Shown: piece by piece, positions 26,678 through 36,286 of the stretch
Numbering within the stretch: the first letter of the stretch is position 1
Layout of the letters: every line of letters begins with the position of its first letter
Assembly (NCBI GenBank): GCA_964493885.1
Contig: CAZBPV010000003.1
Location: forward strand, 7,831-71,830
Source: Candidatus Woesearchaeota archaeon
Lineage (GTDB): Archaea > Nanobdellota > Nanobdellia > Pacearchaeales > GW2011-AR1
Reading direction: 5' to 3'
Length of the DNA: 64,000 nucleotides
The notes under the pieces: generated by a model
The model's database searches: none
What the model was told of the DNA's origin: nothing
What the model saw: only the letters and a program-made list of their open reading frames with translations
Translations under genes and position numbers: made by a program

Positions 26678-27733
26678 TTATATACTTATCTTAATCTTTT
26701 GCGCTGGCTCTTGGACCAAAATTCCAGGTATTCTTTTATTTCTATAAACTTCTAAAAGAATAAGTAGATAAGCAAGAATTAATGGACCAAGGATAAATCC
26801 TAAAACTCCAAAGAATAAAAACCCACCAACCATTCCTATTAAAACTAATGAAGAAGGCATACTTACTCTACGTGAAACAAAGATTGGCTTAAGAATATTA
26901 TCAATAAATACTGCAATCAAACCAAAAATAGTTATCCCAATTGCAGCAATAGGATTGCCTATTACAAGAAGATATATTGCTACTGGAACCCATACTACTG
27001 TAGTCCCGATTATTGGCAATATTCCAGCTATGCAAGCCAAAATAGTTAATATTAATGCATTTGGAACTCCAAATATTAAAAATCCTGCACCAGTAATAAA
27101 ACCTTGAATTAATCCCATAATAATTTGCCCGTATAAAACAGATATTGTAATCCCCTTGGTTTGCTCGAATATTTTTTCTTCAACATCCCTTGAAAAGGGA
27201 AGAAGACTCTTGATATAGGAAATTAAATTTTCTTTATCCCTCAATACAAAATAAAAAGTGAAAAATGCAACACCAAATTGCATCAATAAAATTGGGAAAT
27301 TTAAAATAAATCCAGAGAAATAATTTACAAACGAATTTACACTTTTATTTACAAAAGAATAAATTATTGAACCAATTTCTCTTGAAAAATCTTGCGAAGC
27401 AAATATTGATGGTAAGATATTTTTAAGAGGGGTTACAAAATCCATTTGCTGAGTTGAGAAATAAATCTTAAGTGATTGATTAATTATAATAGGAGTAAGG
27501 AACCATATAGGTAAAATAAGCAAAATGATTAGTGCTACTGAAATGATGGTTGCTGAAAGGGTTCTTGATTTTAATTTTTTGCTCATCCAATCTTCAACAG
27601 GAGATAAAACAAATGCTAAAATGACTCCAAAGATTATTGCAATTAATATTGGCCTTAAAATAAAAAAAGATAAAACTATTAAGATTGCCAGAGCAATCAT
27701 AGTGACTATCTTTTTAAAATACGAATCATCCAT
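26678..27733 (-). CDS. AI-2E family transporter
   Basis: LPIIGT, DNILKP, GGFLFFGVLGFILGP. Confidence 0.9.
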   Translation of the reverse strand: MDDSYFKKIVTMIALAILIVLSFFILRPILIAIIFGVILAFVLSPVEDWMSKKLKSRTLSATIISVALIILLILPIWFLTPIIINQSLKIYFSTQQMDFVTPLKNILPSIFASQDFSREIGSIIYSFVNKSVNSFVNYFSGFILNFPILLMQFGVAFFTFYFVLRDKENLISYIKSLLPFSRDVEEKIFEQTKGITISVLYGQIIMGLIQGFITGAGFLIFGVPNALILTILACIAGILPIIGTTVVWVPVAIYLLVIGNPIAAIGITIFGLIAVFIDNILKPIFVSRRVSMPSSLVLIGMVGGFLFFGVLGFILGPLILAYLLILLEVYRNKRIPGILVQEPAQKIKISI

Positions 27734-27820
27734 GTTAATGTTACTGAGACGAGGTAGTTTAAATTTATAAAGTTTTGTAAATTAGAGAAGTTTTATAAAT
27801 TAACTAATAGATTTTATAAT

Positions 27821-28528
27821 ATGGATTTTATAAAAAAGACCATCGAGGGAAGAACAGATTTTGGTACTCATATTCAGTTTCAAAAGTTTAGCAAGGGGGA
27901 GTTTAAAAATAGGGCATTGATTAAAGCTAAAAATTCTTCTGGAAAATACTCTATAAATACTAGTGCAGAGTTTGCCAATGACTTAGTTAATGCTATGGCT
28001 AAAAAACTTGATGATAAAAAAACAAAAGTTACTGGTGCAATAGTTTCAACTGCAAATTTAAAGGGAAAAATTGATTTTGTAGAAATTAAGCAATTTCAAG
28101 GAGTAAAAAGATATTTAATTGACAAGGAAATGTCTGGGAAAGAAATTTTATCTTTATTAAATGAATTCCCAAAAAACTTTTTTGCATTAAGCTTTGAGGT
28201 AGAAGAAAACAAATTAAAAATCAAGGCAAAAGCTCCTAAATCTGCTAAGCCAGGGAGCAAGAAAGATGAAATGCCTAAAGTAGATTTTTGCTCTTTAAAA
28301 ACAAATGATAAGTCAATTGCAGAAGATTTTATCTTTGAAAAACCAGATTTTAAAGAAGCTGAGATAAATCATACCTTTCTAATTGAACATATTATAATTC
28401 CAGATGAGCTTAAGAACAGCAAAGATTTTGCAAAAATACGAGAAGAATCTAAAAGAAAAGGAAAGATAATAAGGAAGTCTAAAATTAATGGGATAGAGTC
28501 AGTAAAAGAGTATGGTTTTGAAGCGTAA
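27821..28528 (+). CDS. Hypothetical protein
   Basis: Intact 235-aa ORF with upstream TTTATAAA. Confidence 0.75.
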   Translation: MDFIKKTIEGRTDFGTHIQFQKFSKGEFKNRALIKAKNSSGKYSINTSAEFANDLVNAMAKKLDDKKTKVTGAIVSTANLKGKIDFVEIKQFQGVKRYLIDKEMSGKEILSLLNEFPKNFFALSFEVEENKLKIKAKAPKSAKPGSKKDEMPKVDFCSLKTNDKSIAEDFIFEKPDFKEAEINHTFLIEHIIIPDELKNSKDFAKIREESKRKGKIIRKSKINGIESVKEYGFEA

Positions 28529-28613
28529 AAACCTTTAAAAAGCCCCTTTTTCTAAGTATTTTATTCCAGGGTAAGAAAAATGATAAGTTCCGCTTTATCT
28601 AGAAATATAACAA

Positions 28614-29555
28614 ATGGCAAAAATAAGTGCGCCGAGAAAAGGAAGCCTGCAATACTGGCCGAGAAAGAGAGCGAGTAAAATCTTACCTAGTGTAAACTGG
28701 GGCACAATTTCTTCTAAAAAACCTCTAAAGGGTTTTATATGCTATAAATGCGGGATGGCTACTGCTATTACAAAGGATAATACTCCTGATTCAATGACTA
28801 AAGGAAAAGAGATTGCTATGCCAATAACAATTCTTGAATGCCCTACAATGAAGATTCTTTCAGTTAGATTTTATAAAAACGGGATTACAATGAAAGATAT
28901 TGTCTCTGATAATTTAGATAAAGAACTTAAAAGGGTAATTAAAATTCCAAAAAAAGCAGGCAAAAAAATAGAGGATATAAAGCCAGAAGATTATGATGAT
29001 GTTACTATAATTGCATATTCTCAACCTAAAAAAACAGGAGTAAAAAAAACTCCGGACATAATTGAAATTGGTTTACAAGGAAGTAAGGAAGAAAAAATTA
29101 AATTTATTAAAGAAAACTTATCTAAAGAATTATCTGTATTAGATTTTTTTGAAAAGGGGGGGTTAGTAGATTTAAGAGGAGTTACTAAGGGAAGAGGTTT
29201 TCAAGGTCCTGTAAAGAGATTTGGAATTAAATTGAGGCACCATAAGTCTGAAAAAGGAGTTAGAAAAGTTGGAAGCATTGGCCCGTGGCATCCTTCCAGA
29301 GTAACATTCAGAGTTCCGATGGCAGGACAGACTGGAATGAACACAAGAATTGTATATAATAATAAGATACTTGAAATTGGAAAATCCCAAGGGAAATTCA
29401 AGAATATCAGCAATTATGGAAATGTTCAAGCAGACTATATGCTTATTAGAGGTTCTGTTCTAGGCCCTGCAAAAAGACAATTAGTTTTAAATAGCTCTGC
29501 AAGACCTACTAAAAAACAATTAAAAAAATCTTTTGAAATTATTAAAATAATATGA
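28614..29555 (+). CDS. rpl3: 50S ribosomal protein L3
   Basis: PRKGSLQYWPRKRA, TKGRGFQGPVKRFG, GSIGPWHP. Confidence 0.97.
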   Translation: MAKISAPRKGSLQYWPRKRASKILPSVNWGTISSKKPLKGFICYKCGMATAITKDNTPDSMTKGKEIAMPITILECPTMKILSVRFYKNGITMKDIVSDNLDKELKRVIKIPKKAGKKIEDIKPEDYDDVTIIAYSQPKKTGVKKTPDIIEIGLQGSKEEKIKFIKENLSKELSVLDFFEKGGLVDLRGVTKGRGFQGPVKRFGIKLRHHKSEKGVRKVGSIGPWHPSRVTFRVPMAGQTGMNTRIVYNNKILEIGKSQGKFKNISNYGNVQADYMLIRGSVLGPAKRQLVLNSSARPTKKQLKKSFEIIKII

Positions 29556-29611
29556 AAGCAAATATAAAATTTTCATTCATCCAGATTAAACATAGAGGAA
29601 AATCAGAATGA
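29552..29611 (+). other. 19-codon mini-ORF/hairpin insert ATGA-coupled to rpl3 and rpl4
   Basis: MKANIKFSFIQIKHRGKSE*; ATGAAAGC duplicated at 29552 and 29608. Confidence 0.55.
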
Positions 29612-30402
29612 AAGCCAAAATACTAGAGATAAATGGAAAGGAAAAAGGAACAATTGAACTTCCTAGTTGCTTTTCTAGCAATATAAGGGAAGACATTGTA
29701 TCTAAGATTGTTGAAGCTAAAAAAAGAGAACAACCTTATTCTCCGTCTCCAATGGCTGGGAAACAACATGCAGCTAAAGGAAAAGTAGTCCATAGAAGAC
29801 ATGTTTGGAGAAGTGGTTATGGAAGAGGTATGTCAAGAGTTCCTAGAAAAATATTTTCTCAAAAAGGTTCACAATTTAATTGGGAGGCAGCAGAAGTTCC
29901 ATTTGCAAGAGGTGGAAGAAGAGCTCATCCTCCAAAGATTATCGCAAGAATGAATCCTCTAAAAATAAATAAAAAAGAGATGAGAATAGGTTTACAATCT
30001 GCATTAAGTGCTACGGCAAATCAAACAGAAATGTCAAAGAGATATGAAAGATTAAAAGACAAAAAAATAGAAAAATTGCCATTTGTTGCAGAATCAAAAA
30101 TAACTTCATTAAAATTTAAGGAATTACTTTCAGGATTAAAAAATATTCTTGGGGGATTATTTGAGCTAGCAATAAAAAAGAAAAAAGTAAGAAGTGGTAA
30201 GGGGAAATTAAGAGGAAGAAAATACAAAAGCAATGCTGGTTTACTTATTGTTATAGGAAATGATGAAAAAATGAATACAAGCAGATTTGATGTTAAAAAA
30301 GCAAAAGATGTTAATATTTTAGATTTAGCTAGAGGGGGATTAGGGAGATTAACACTTTATACTGAAAAAGCAATTAAAAATCTTGGAGAAAGATGCAAAT
30401 GA
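29608..30402 (+). CDS. rpl4: 50S ribosomal protein L4
   Basis: GRGMSRVPR, ARGGRRAHPP, GRLTLYT. Confidence 0.97.
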   Translation: MKAKILEINGKEKGTIELPSCFSSNIREDIVSKIVEAKKREQPYSPSPMAGKQHAAKGKVVHRRHVWRSGYGRGMSRVPRKIFSQKGSQFNWEAAEVPFARGGRRAHPPKIIARMNPLKINKKEMRIGLQSALSATANQTEMSKRYERLKDKKIEKLPFVAESKITSLKFKELLSGLKNILGGLFELAIKKKKVRSGKGKLRGRKYKSNAGLLIVIGNDEKMNTSRFDVKKAKDVNILDLARGGLGRLTLYTEKAIKNLGERCK

Positions 30403-30653
30403 AAAAAACAATTACATTGAGGCCATTAATAACTGAAAAAGCAGTAATGCTTATTGAAAGTAATAATGTCTTGACATTTGAGACTGAAAAAGAAAGAAAC
30501 AAAGACGAAATAAAAAAAGAAGTTGAAAGTACATTGAGTGTGAAGGTGGATAAAATTCAAACTCTTATTAAAGACAATAAAAAATATGCTTATGTTAAAT
30601 TAAAAAAAGAATTTCCAGCAATGGATCTTGCTACAAAATTAGGGATGATATAA
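30399..30653 (+). CDS. rpl23: 50S ribosomal protein L23
   Basis: PLITEKAV, KYAYVKL, DLATKLG. Confidence 0.95.
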   Translation: MKKTITLRPLITEKAVMLIESNNVLTFETEKERNKDEIKKEVESTLSVKVDKIQTLIKDNKKYAYVKLKKEFPAMDLATKLGMI

Positions 30654-30654
30654 A

Positions 30655-31353
30655 ATGGGAAAAAGGATAATCCAACAAAGACGAGGAAGAGGAAGCAACA
30701 CTTATAGAGTTAGAAGGCAAGCATTCAGATATAAAATTAGATATCCAAGGGAATTATCTGGAGAAGGAGTTGTTATTAAATTGTTAAATTCTCCAGCTCA
30801 TACTTCTCCATTAGCAAAAATAAAATATAACAAAGGAGTATTTTACATTCCTGCATTTAAAGGAATGATAGAAGGGCAGAAAGTTAGTTTTGGGGGAAAA
30901 GAAATTAAGGAAGGAAATATTCTTCAATTAAAAGATATTCCAATGAAAACACGAATTTATAATATTGAATCACGACCAGGAGACGGAGGAATTTTTATCA
31001 GAACTGGGGGAAATTGTGCTGAAATAAGCAAGATTATAGAGAATGATGTATTTGTATTGCTTCCTTCAAAAAAAGAAAGAAAATTTAATCCTGGATGCAG
31101 AGCTACTATCGGAGAGATTGCAGGCTCTGGAAGATTAAAAAAACCAATAATCAAAGCTGGAAAAATGCACTATATGATGAGAGCTAAAAATAGATTATGG
31201 CCGAGAACATCTGCAGTTAAGATGAATGTTGTTGATCATCCGTTTGGCTCAGGTAGAGGTAAGAGAATTAAGTCAAAAATTGCTAAGAGAAATGCTCCTG
31301 CTGGAAGAAAGGTAGGACTAATAAGACCGCAAAGAACAGGTAAAAGGAAATAA
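30655..31353 (+). CDS. rpl2: 50S ribosomal protein L2
   Basis: MGKRIIQQRRGRG, MNVVDHPFG, GRKVGLI. Confidence 0.97.
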   Translation: MGKRIIQQRRGRGSNTYRVRRQAFRYKIRYPRELSGEGVVIKLLNSPAHTSPLAKIKYNKGVFYIPAFKGMIEGQKVSFGGKEIKEGNILQLKDIPMKTRIYNIESRPGDGGIFIRTGGNCAEISKIIENDVFVLLPSKKERKFNPGCRATIGEIAGSGRLKKPIIKAGKMHYMMRAKNRLWPRTSAVKMNVVDHPFGSGRGKRIKSKIAKRNAPAGRKVGLIRPQRTGKRK

Positions 31354-31354
31354 A

Positions 31355-31756
31355 ATGGCAGAAATAATAACAAAAAAACAATTTTTATATAGGGGAAAAT
31401 CACTGGAAGAACTTCAGGCAATGGAGGTTAGAGAGTTTGCTAAACTCTTAAAATCTCGAAGAAAAAGAAATGTCTTAAGACAATTCCAGAAAATTGAGGA
31501 TTTTATAAACAGGGCTAAGATAAAACTCTCAAAGAATAAGCCAATAAAAACTCATCAAAGGGATTTAACAATTGTTCCTCAGATGATTGGGATGAGAATA
31601 GGTACTTATAATGGCAGAGAATTTGTTCCAGTAGATGTTGTGGCTGAGATGCTGGGGCATGTATTAGGAGAATTTTCAAACACAAGAAGTAAAGTAAAAC
31701 ACGGTGCTGCAGGTGTTGGATCTACTAAAGGTACAAAATCTCAGTCTAAACACTAG
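31355..31756 (+). CDS. rps19: 30S ribosomal protein S19
   Basis: YRGKSLEEL, KTHQRD, MLGHVLGEF. Confidence 0.97.
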   Translation: MAEIITKKQFLYRGKSLEELQAMEVREFAKLLKSRRKRNVLRQFQKIEDFINRAKIKLSKNKPIKTHQRDLTIVPQMIGMRIGTYNGREFVPVDVVAEMLGHVLGEFSNTRSKVKHGAAGVGSTKGTKSQSKH

Positions 31757-31760
31757 AAAC

Positions 31761-32399
31761 ATGACAGAAAAAAACTACAATCCAGAACAAAGAACAATGA
31801 AAAAAGTAGGAATAATTGGAAAAAAGAAAAAGGAAAAGGCTCCAAAAAAGCAAAAGGCAGAGATAAAAGAAATCAAACAACCAGAGCAGGAGATAAAAAA
31901 ACAATCTGAGATGAATGTTGAAACAAAAGCACTGGAAAAAACAGAACAACCTAAGGAAGAAAAGAAAAAAGAAACCCCAAAACCAGTAATTAAAAAAAGT
32001 GAAGCCACTGTAAATGCTACTTCATTACCTATTTCAACAAAAGTATCTTCAGCTATATGTAAATTTATCAAGGGAAAAACAATAGAGGATGCAATTAAAG
32101 ATTTAGAGTTAGTTATAAAAAAGAAAAAAGTTCTTCCAATGACTGGGGAAATTCCTCATAGAAAAGGAAAAGGAATAATGTCTGGGGGATACCCGCAAAA
32201 TGCATCTAAAGAATTTATAATTTTATTAAAAGGGCTTGCAGGTAATGCGAATGTAAATGGAATAGAAGAGCCAGTAATAGTTGAAGCAGTTCCAAACATG
32301 GCAGCCAGGCCTATGGGTTCATTTGGGAGAGTAAGAAGAAAAAGAACTCATGTAAAATTAGTAGCTAAAGAAAAAATGGAGATAAAGAAAAATGGATGA
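31761..32399 (+). CDS. rpl22: 50S ribosomal protein L22 with Lys/Glu-rich N-terminal extension
   Basis: LPISTKVS..IC, GGYPQNAS, KRTHVKLV; ATG at 31761. Confidence 0.93.
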   Translation: MTEKNYNPEQRTMKKVGIIGKKKKEKAPKKQKAEIKEIKQPEQEIKKQSEMNVETKALEKTEQPKEEKKKETPKPVIKKSEATVNATSLPISTKVSSAICKFIKGKTIEDAIKDLELVIKKKKVLPMTGEIPHRKGKGIMSGGYPQNASKEFIILLKGLAGNANVNGIEEPVIVEAVPNMAARPMGSFGRVRRKRTHVKLVAKEKMEIKKNG

Positions 32400-33090
32400 A
32401 AGAAAGATAATTGGGTTTAAAAAAGATGAATTTGCAATAAAAGAATATATTAAAGAATCACTTGGAAAAGGAAAAGTTAGTAAGGTAAACATCTCTTATA
32501 CTCCAATCGGAGAAAAAATAACTGTTTCAACTCACAAACCAGGGTTAGTTATTGGGAGAAAAGGGGAGAGGATAGAAGAGCTTACTAGAGTATTAAAGAC
32601 GCGGTTTAAACTTGAAAATCCACATATTGAAATTGATGAAATTAAAAAGCCTGAATTTGATGCTCAACTAATGGCAGATGAAATTGCATTAGGACTTGAA
32701 AGATTGGGACCATTAAAATTTAAAGTTTTGGCATATAGGACTCTACAAAAGATAATGAATGCCGGAGCCCTAGGAACTGAAATAAGACTTCATGGGAAAC
32801 TCCCAAGTGCAAGAGCCAAGCAATGGAGATTTGCGCAAGGATACATAAAGAAAACAGGGGATGCTGCAAAAGTTGTTGACAGGGCCCAATCACGAGCAGA
32901 AACAAGGCCCGGGACTGTGGGAGTAAGGGTAGCAATCCTTTCTCCAGATGCAAAATTGATTGATAGAATAAATATAGATGAATCTATGATTAGCAAATTA
33001 AAATTAAATTCTGTTGAAGAAGAAATTGAAAAACCAAAGAAAAAAACTAGAAAAAAGACAGAAAAAAAGGTAGAAAATGATAAAGAATAA
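32392..33090 (+). CDS. rps3: 30S ribosomal protein S3
   Basis: KH motif PGLVIGRKG, GALGTEIRLHGK. Confidence 0.97.
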   Translation: MDERKIIGFKKDEFAIKEYIKESLGKGKVSKVNISYTPIGEKITVSTHKPGLVIGRKGERIEELTRVLKTRFKLENPHIEIDEIKKPEFDAQLMADEIALGLERLGPLKFKVLAYRTLQKIMNAGALGTEIRLHGKLPSARAKQWRFAQGYIKKTGDAAKVVDRAQSRAETRPGTVGVRVAILSPDAKLIDRINIDESMISKLKLNSVEEEIEKPKKKTRKKTEKKVENDKE

Positions 33091-33283
33091 AGAAATAAAA
33101 AACATGAATAGAGAAGATAGAGAGAAAAAGTTAAAAGAACTAAAATTAGAATTAGTAAAAGCTAAAGTAACTGCTTCAAAAGCAGGAAGTTCAAAAGTAA
33201 AAGAAGTTAAAAGAACCATAGCAAAATTGCTTACATTCAACAAATCCGAAGATGAAAAATCAAAGGAGAAGTTGAACAAATAA
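33077..33283 (+). CDS. rpl29: 50S ribosomal protein L29
   Basis: KLKELKLEL...KRTIAKLLT; operon position. Confidence 0.93.
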   Translation: MIKNKEIKNMNREDREKKLKELKLELVKAKVTASKAGSSKVKEVKRTIAKLLTFNKSEDEKSKEKLNK

Positions 33284-33289
33284 ATACCT

Positions 33290-33589
33290 ATGGAAATAGA
33301 TCCAAAGACAGGATTGCCTATACAGGCAATTGAATGGGAAGACCTCGCGAAGAGTTCGCAAAAAATAAAGGTAACAACAGACAAGAAAAGATATGGAAAG
33401 ATTGTTACCATAGTGAGCGGGTTTGATAAAGGAATCGACATAAAAAAAACCGCTAAAGCTCTGAAAAATGAGCTTGCCTGTGGAGGAACCTCAAAAGATG
33501 GGGTAATAGAACTCCAAGGGGACCACAGAAAGAAAATCAAACCAACCCTGGTAAGGATTGGGTTTGATGAGAACTCAATAGAGGAATAA
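33290..33589 (+). CDS. sui1: SUI1-family translation factor (aIF1/YciH)
   Basis: KRYGKIVT, LACGGT, IELQGDH. Confidence 0.95.
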   Translation: MEIDPKTGLPIQAIEWEDLAKSSQKIKVTTDKKRYGKIVTIVSGFDKGIDIKKTAKALKNELACGGTSKDGVIELQGDHRKKIKPTLVRIGFDENSIEE

Positions 33590-33609
33590 AACCTTTCAGA
33601 AAAAACAAA

Positions 33610-33948
33610 ATGACAAAGAAAAAAGAAAAAACAGAGAGTAAAATCCAAGAGGAAAAAATAGCTGGGGCTATAGAAGAAAAAAGAATTGGAACTCGAGGAA
33701 GAATCTTTGAGGGAAAAGTCATTAGAAAATTCCCTAAAAGAGTAACAATAGAATTTGAAAGAATGATTTATGTAAAAAAATATGAAAGATATGCTAAATC
33801 AAGAACAAAGATTCACGCAAGACTTCCTGAAATCCTGGAAAAAGAAATTAATCTTGGAGATTTAATACAGGTTCAAGAATGCAGACCATTAAGTAAAATA
33901 ATCCATTTTATAGTCACTAAAAAAATTAAAGAAGGGAGCATAAAATGA
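33610..33948 (+). CDS. rps17: 30S ribosomal protein S17
   Basis: RGRIFEGKV, KYERY, ECRPLSK. Confidence 0.96.
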   Translation: MTKKKEKTESKIQEEKIAGAIEEKRIGTRGRIFEGKVIRKFPKRVTIEFERMIYVKKYERYAKSRTKIHARLPEILEKEINLGDLIQVQECRPLSKIIHFIVTKKIKEGSIK

Positions 33949-33998
33949 AGCAAAAAAATAAATTTTTAGCTCATTCGTCAACAGGAGTTGCCAAATGA
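33945..33998 (+). other. 17-codon mini-ORF/hairpin insert ATGA-coupled to rps17 and rpl14
   Basis: MKQKNKFLAHSSTGVAK*; contains TAGCTCATTCGTC; AAATGAAG duplicated at both ends. Confidence 0.6.
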
Positions 33999-34396
33999 AG
34001 GCTATAAGTGCTAGAACAACTGGCGGAGTGAATTTAGGAGCTGAATTAGTAGTTGCCGACAATAGTGGAGCAAAGATAGCCAGGCTAGTGGCAGTAAAAA
34101 AATTCAAAGCTAAAAAAAGAAAGCAAGTAAATGGGAAAGTTGCTGACTGGATAAAAGTAAGTATAAGAAAAGGCAATCCTGAAATGAAAGGAAAAGTTTT
34201 TGATGCAGTAATAATAAGATTAAAGAAACCTTATAGAAGATTAAATGGGGAGAGAGTGGGTTTTGAAGACAATGCAGTGGCTATACTTAAAGATGATAAA
34301 GGAAATCCAAAAGGAACCCAGATTAAAGGGCCAGTAGCAAGGGAGGTTATGGAGCGTTGGCCATCAGTGGCTAAAATAGCTTCAATAATATATTAA
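33995..34396 (+). CDS. rpl14: 50S ribosomal protein L14
   Basis: VADNSGAK, FEDNAV, KGTQIKGPVARE. Confidence 0.97.
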   Translation: MKAISARTTGGVNLGAELVVADNSGAKIARLVAVKKFKAKKRKQVNGKVADWIKVSIRKGNPEMKGKVFDAVIIRLKKPYRRLNGERVGFEDNAVAILKDDKGNPKGTQIKGPVAREVMERWPSVAKIASIIY

Positions 34397-34397
34397 A

Positions 34398-34808
34398 ATG
34401 AAAAAAGAATTTTCAACAACATGGAAGGCGAGCAAGCTGCCAAGGAAGCAAAGAAAATTTAGATATAATGCTCCATTACACTTAAGGAAAAAATTTGTGA
34501 GTGTTAATCTTTCAAAAGAATTAAGAGAAAAATATGGAAAAAGAAATATTCCAGTTAAAAAAGGAGATACTATAAAAATTATGAAGGGGAAATTTAAGAA
34601 AAAAACAGGAAAAATTTTAGAAGTTGATTTAAAGAAGTCAAAAGTAAAAGTTGAAGGAATCCAGGTAAAGAAACACGATGGTTCAAATGTTGGCGTCAGA
34701 CTTCAACCTTCAAATTTACAAATAATAGAATTAGAGTTGGGAGATAAAAATAGAGAATCAAAATTTAAGAAAAAAATTGAAAAGGAAAAGTCAGGAGAAT
34801 CAAAATGA
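34398..34808 (+). CDS. rpl24: 50S ribosomal protein L24
   Basis: PRKQRKFRYNAPLH, KOW motif. Confidence 0.96.
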   Translation: MKKEFSTTWKASKLPRKQRKFRYNAPLHLRKKFVSVNLSKELREKYGKRNIPVKKGDTIKIMKGKFKKKTGKILEVDLKKSKVKVEGIQVKKHDGSNVGVRLQPSNLQIIELELGDKNRESKFKKKIEKEKSGESK

Positions 34809-35455
34809 AACATATGAAAAGACAATCAGCTCCAAAAAGCTGGCCAATAAAGAAGAAGGGAACAGCCTACATAGTTAGCCCTACTTTTGGGGGGCAGAAT
34901 GGAGTCCCACTTTTAGTTGTGCTAAGGGACATGCTTAAAGTTGCTAAAAACAGAAAAGAAGTCAAAAAATCAATACATGAAAAGAAAATCCTAATAAATG
35001 GCAAGCTAGCGATAGAAGAAAGAGCAGGAATATTATTATTTGATAAAATAACAATCATCCCAACAAAAAAGAATTATAGTTTAGGATTGTCAGACAAAGG
35101 TAAATTTATGATAAATGTAATAAAAGAAAATGAAGCTGGGAAAAAAGTTGCTAAAATTACTAATAAGACAATTCTTAAGGAGAAAAAGGTTCAATTAAAT
35201 TTAGGAGATGGAAGAAATTTTATTTCAGATATTAAATGCAATATTAATGATTCGGTTGTAGTAAATTTCAAAGATAAAAAAATTGAAAAGTGCCTTCCAA
35301 TGAAAGATGGCTCAAGGATAATTGTTTTTGCTGGAAAACACTCTGGATATACTGGAAAAATATTAAAAATAAATCCAGAAAGAAAAATGGCATCAATTGA
35401 TTCAGATGGCAAGAAAATTAATGTTTTAATTAAACAAATAATGGTAGTGGAATAA
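34805..35455 (+). CDS. rps4e: 30S ribosomal protein S4e
   Basis: HMKRQSAPKSWPI, PLLVVLRDML, QLNLGDGRN. Confidence 0.95.
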   Translation: MKHMKRQSAPKSWPIKKKGTAYIVSPTFGGQNGVPLLVVLRDMLKVAKNRKEVKKSIHEKKILINGKLAIEERAGILLFDKITIIPTKKNYSLGLSDKGKFMINVIKENEAGKKVAKITNKTILKEKKVQLNLGDGRNFISDIKCNINDSVVVNFKDKKIEKCLPMKDGSRIIVFAGKHSGYTGKILKINPERKMASIDSDGKKINVLIKQIMVVE

Positions 35456-35456
35456 A

Positions 35457-36005
35457 ATGATAGATAAAAAAAATAACAAAATGAGAAATATTCGAATAGA
35501 AAAAGTAGTACTAAGCGTAGGTGGAACAGGAGATATTCTTGAAAAAGGGGTAAAATTATTAAAACTTTTAACTGGAAGAACCCCTTCAAGAAGAAAGTCA
35601 AGAAAAAGAATTCCTACACTAGGAGTAAGGCCAGGACTTGAAGTTGGAGCAGTTATTACAATAAGAAAAAATCCAGAAGAAGTTATAAAGAAAATGCTTA
35701 TTGCAGTAGATAATATAATAAGAAAAAGACAAATAAGCGAGAATAACTTTTCTTTTGGGATAAAAGAGTACCTTGAAATACCTGGAGTAGAGTATCAAAG
35801 AGATATCGGAATTTTAGGATTAGATGTTACAATTGTTTTTAAAAGGGCTGGAAGAAGAGTAAGCCTTAGAAAAATAAAAAAAGGAAAAGTTTCAAAAAGA
35901 CAGGTAATTACAAGACAAGAAATAATCCAATTTATGGAAGATAATTTTCAAACTAAATTTGTAGGTAAGCTAAAGGAACCAAAGAAATTGGAGGAATTCA
36001 AATGA
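35457..36005 (+). CDS. rpl5: 50S ribosomal protein L5
   Basis: MRNIRIEKVV, NFSFGIKEY, DIGILGLDV. Confidence 0.96.
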   Translation: MIDKKNNKMRNIRIEKVVLSVGGTGDILEKGVKLLKLLTGRTPSRRKSRKRIPTLGVRPGLEVGAVITIRKNPEEVIKKMLIAVDNIIRKRQISENNFSFGIKEYLEIPGVEYQRDIGILGLDVTIVFKRAGRRVSLRKIKKGKVSKRQVITRQEIIQFMEDNFQTKFVGKLKEPKKLEEFK

Positions 36006-36058
36006 AACAAGAAATTAAAATTCCTAGCTCATTCGTCTTCCAGGAGGAATTCAAATGA
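36002..36058 (+). other. 18-codon mini-ORF/hairpin insert ATGA-coupled to rpl5 and rps14
   Basis: MKQEIKIPSSFVFQEEFK*; contains TAGCTCATTCGTC; GGAGGAATTCAAATGA duplicated at 35990 and 36043. Confidence 0.62.
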
Positions 36059-36285
36059 CTGCAAGTGATTGGAGAAAGATATTAAAACAATTAAAAAGCA
36101 AACCAGTAATAAGAGATAAATTCCTAAAACATAACAAACCAAAAGAAAGAAAAATTGGAATAGCAGTTAAAAAATGCGAGAGATGCGGAAGATTTGGCGC
36201 CCACATCAGTTCATATGGATTAAATTTATGCCGACATTGCTTCAGGGATATTGCTGAAGAGATCGGTTTTCAAAAATATAGTTAA
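36055..36285 (+). CDS. rps14: 30S ribosomal protein S14
   Basis: CERCG...LCRHCFR..AEEIGFQKY. Confidence 0.96.
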   Translation: MTASDWRKILKQLKSKPVIRDKFLKHNKPKERKIGIAVKKCERCGRFGAHISSYGLNLCRHCFRDIAEEIGFQKYS

Positions 36286-36286
36286 A

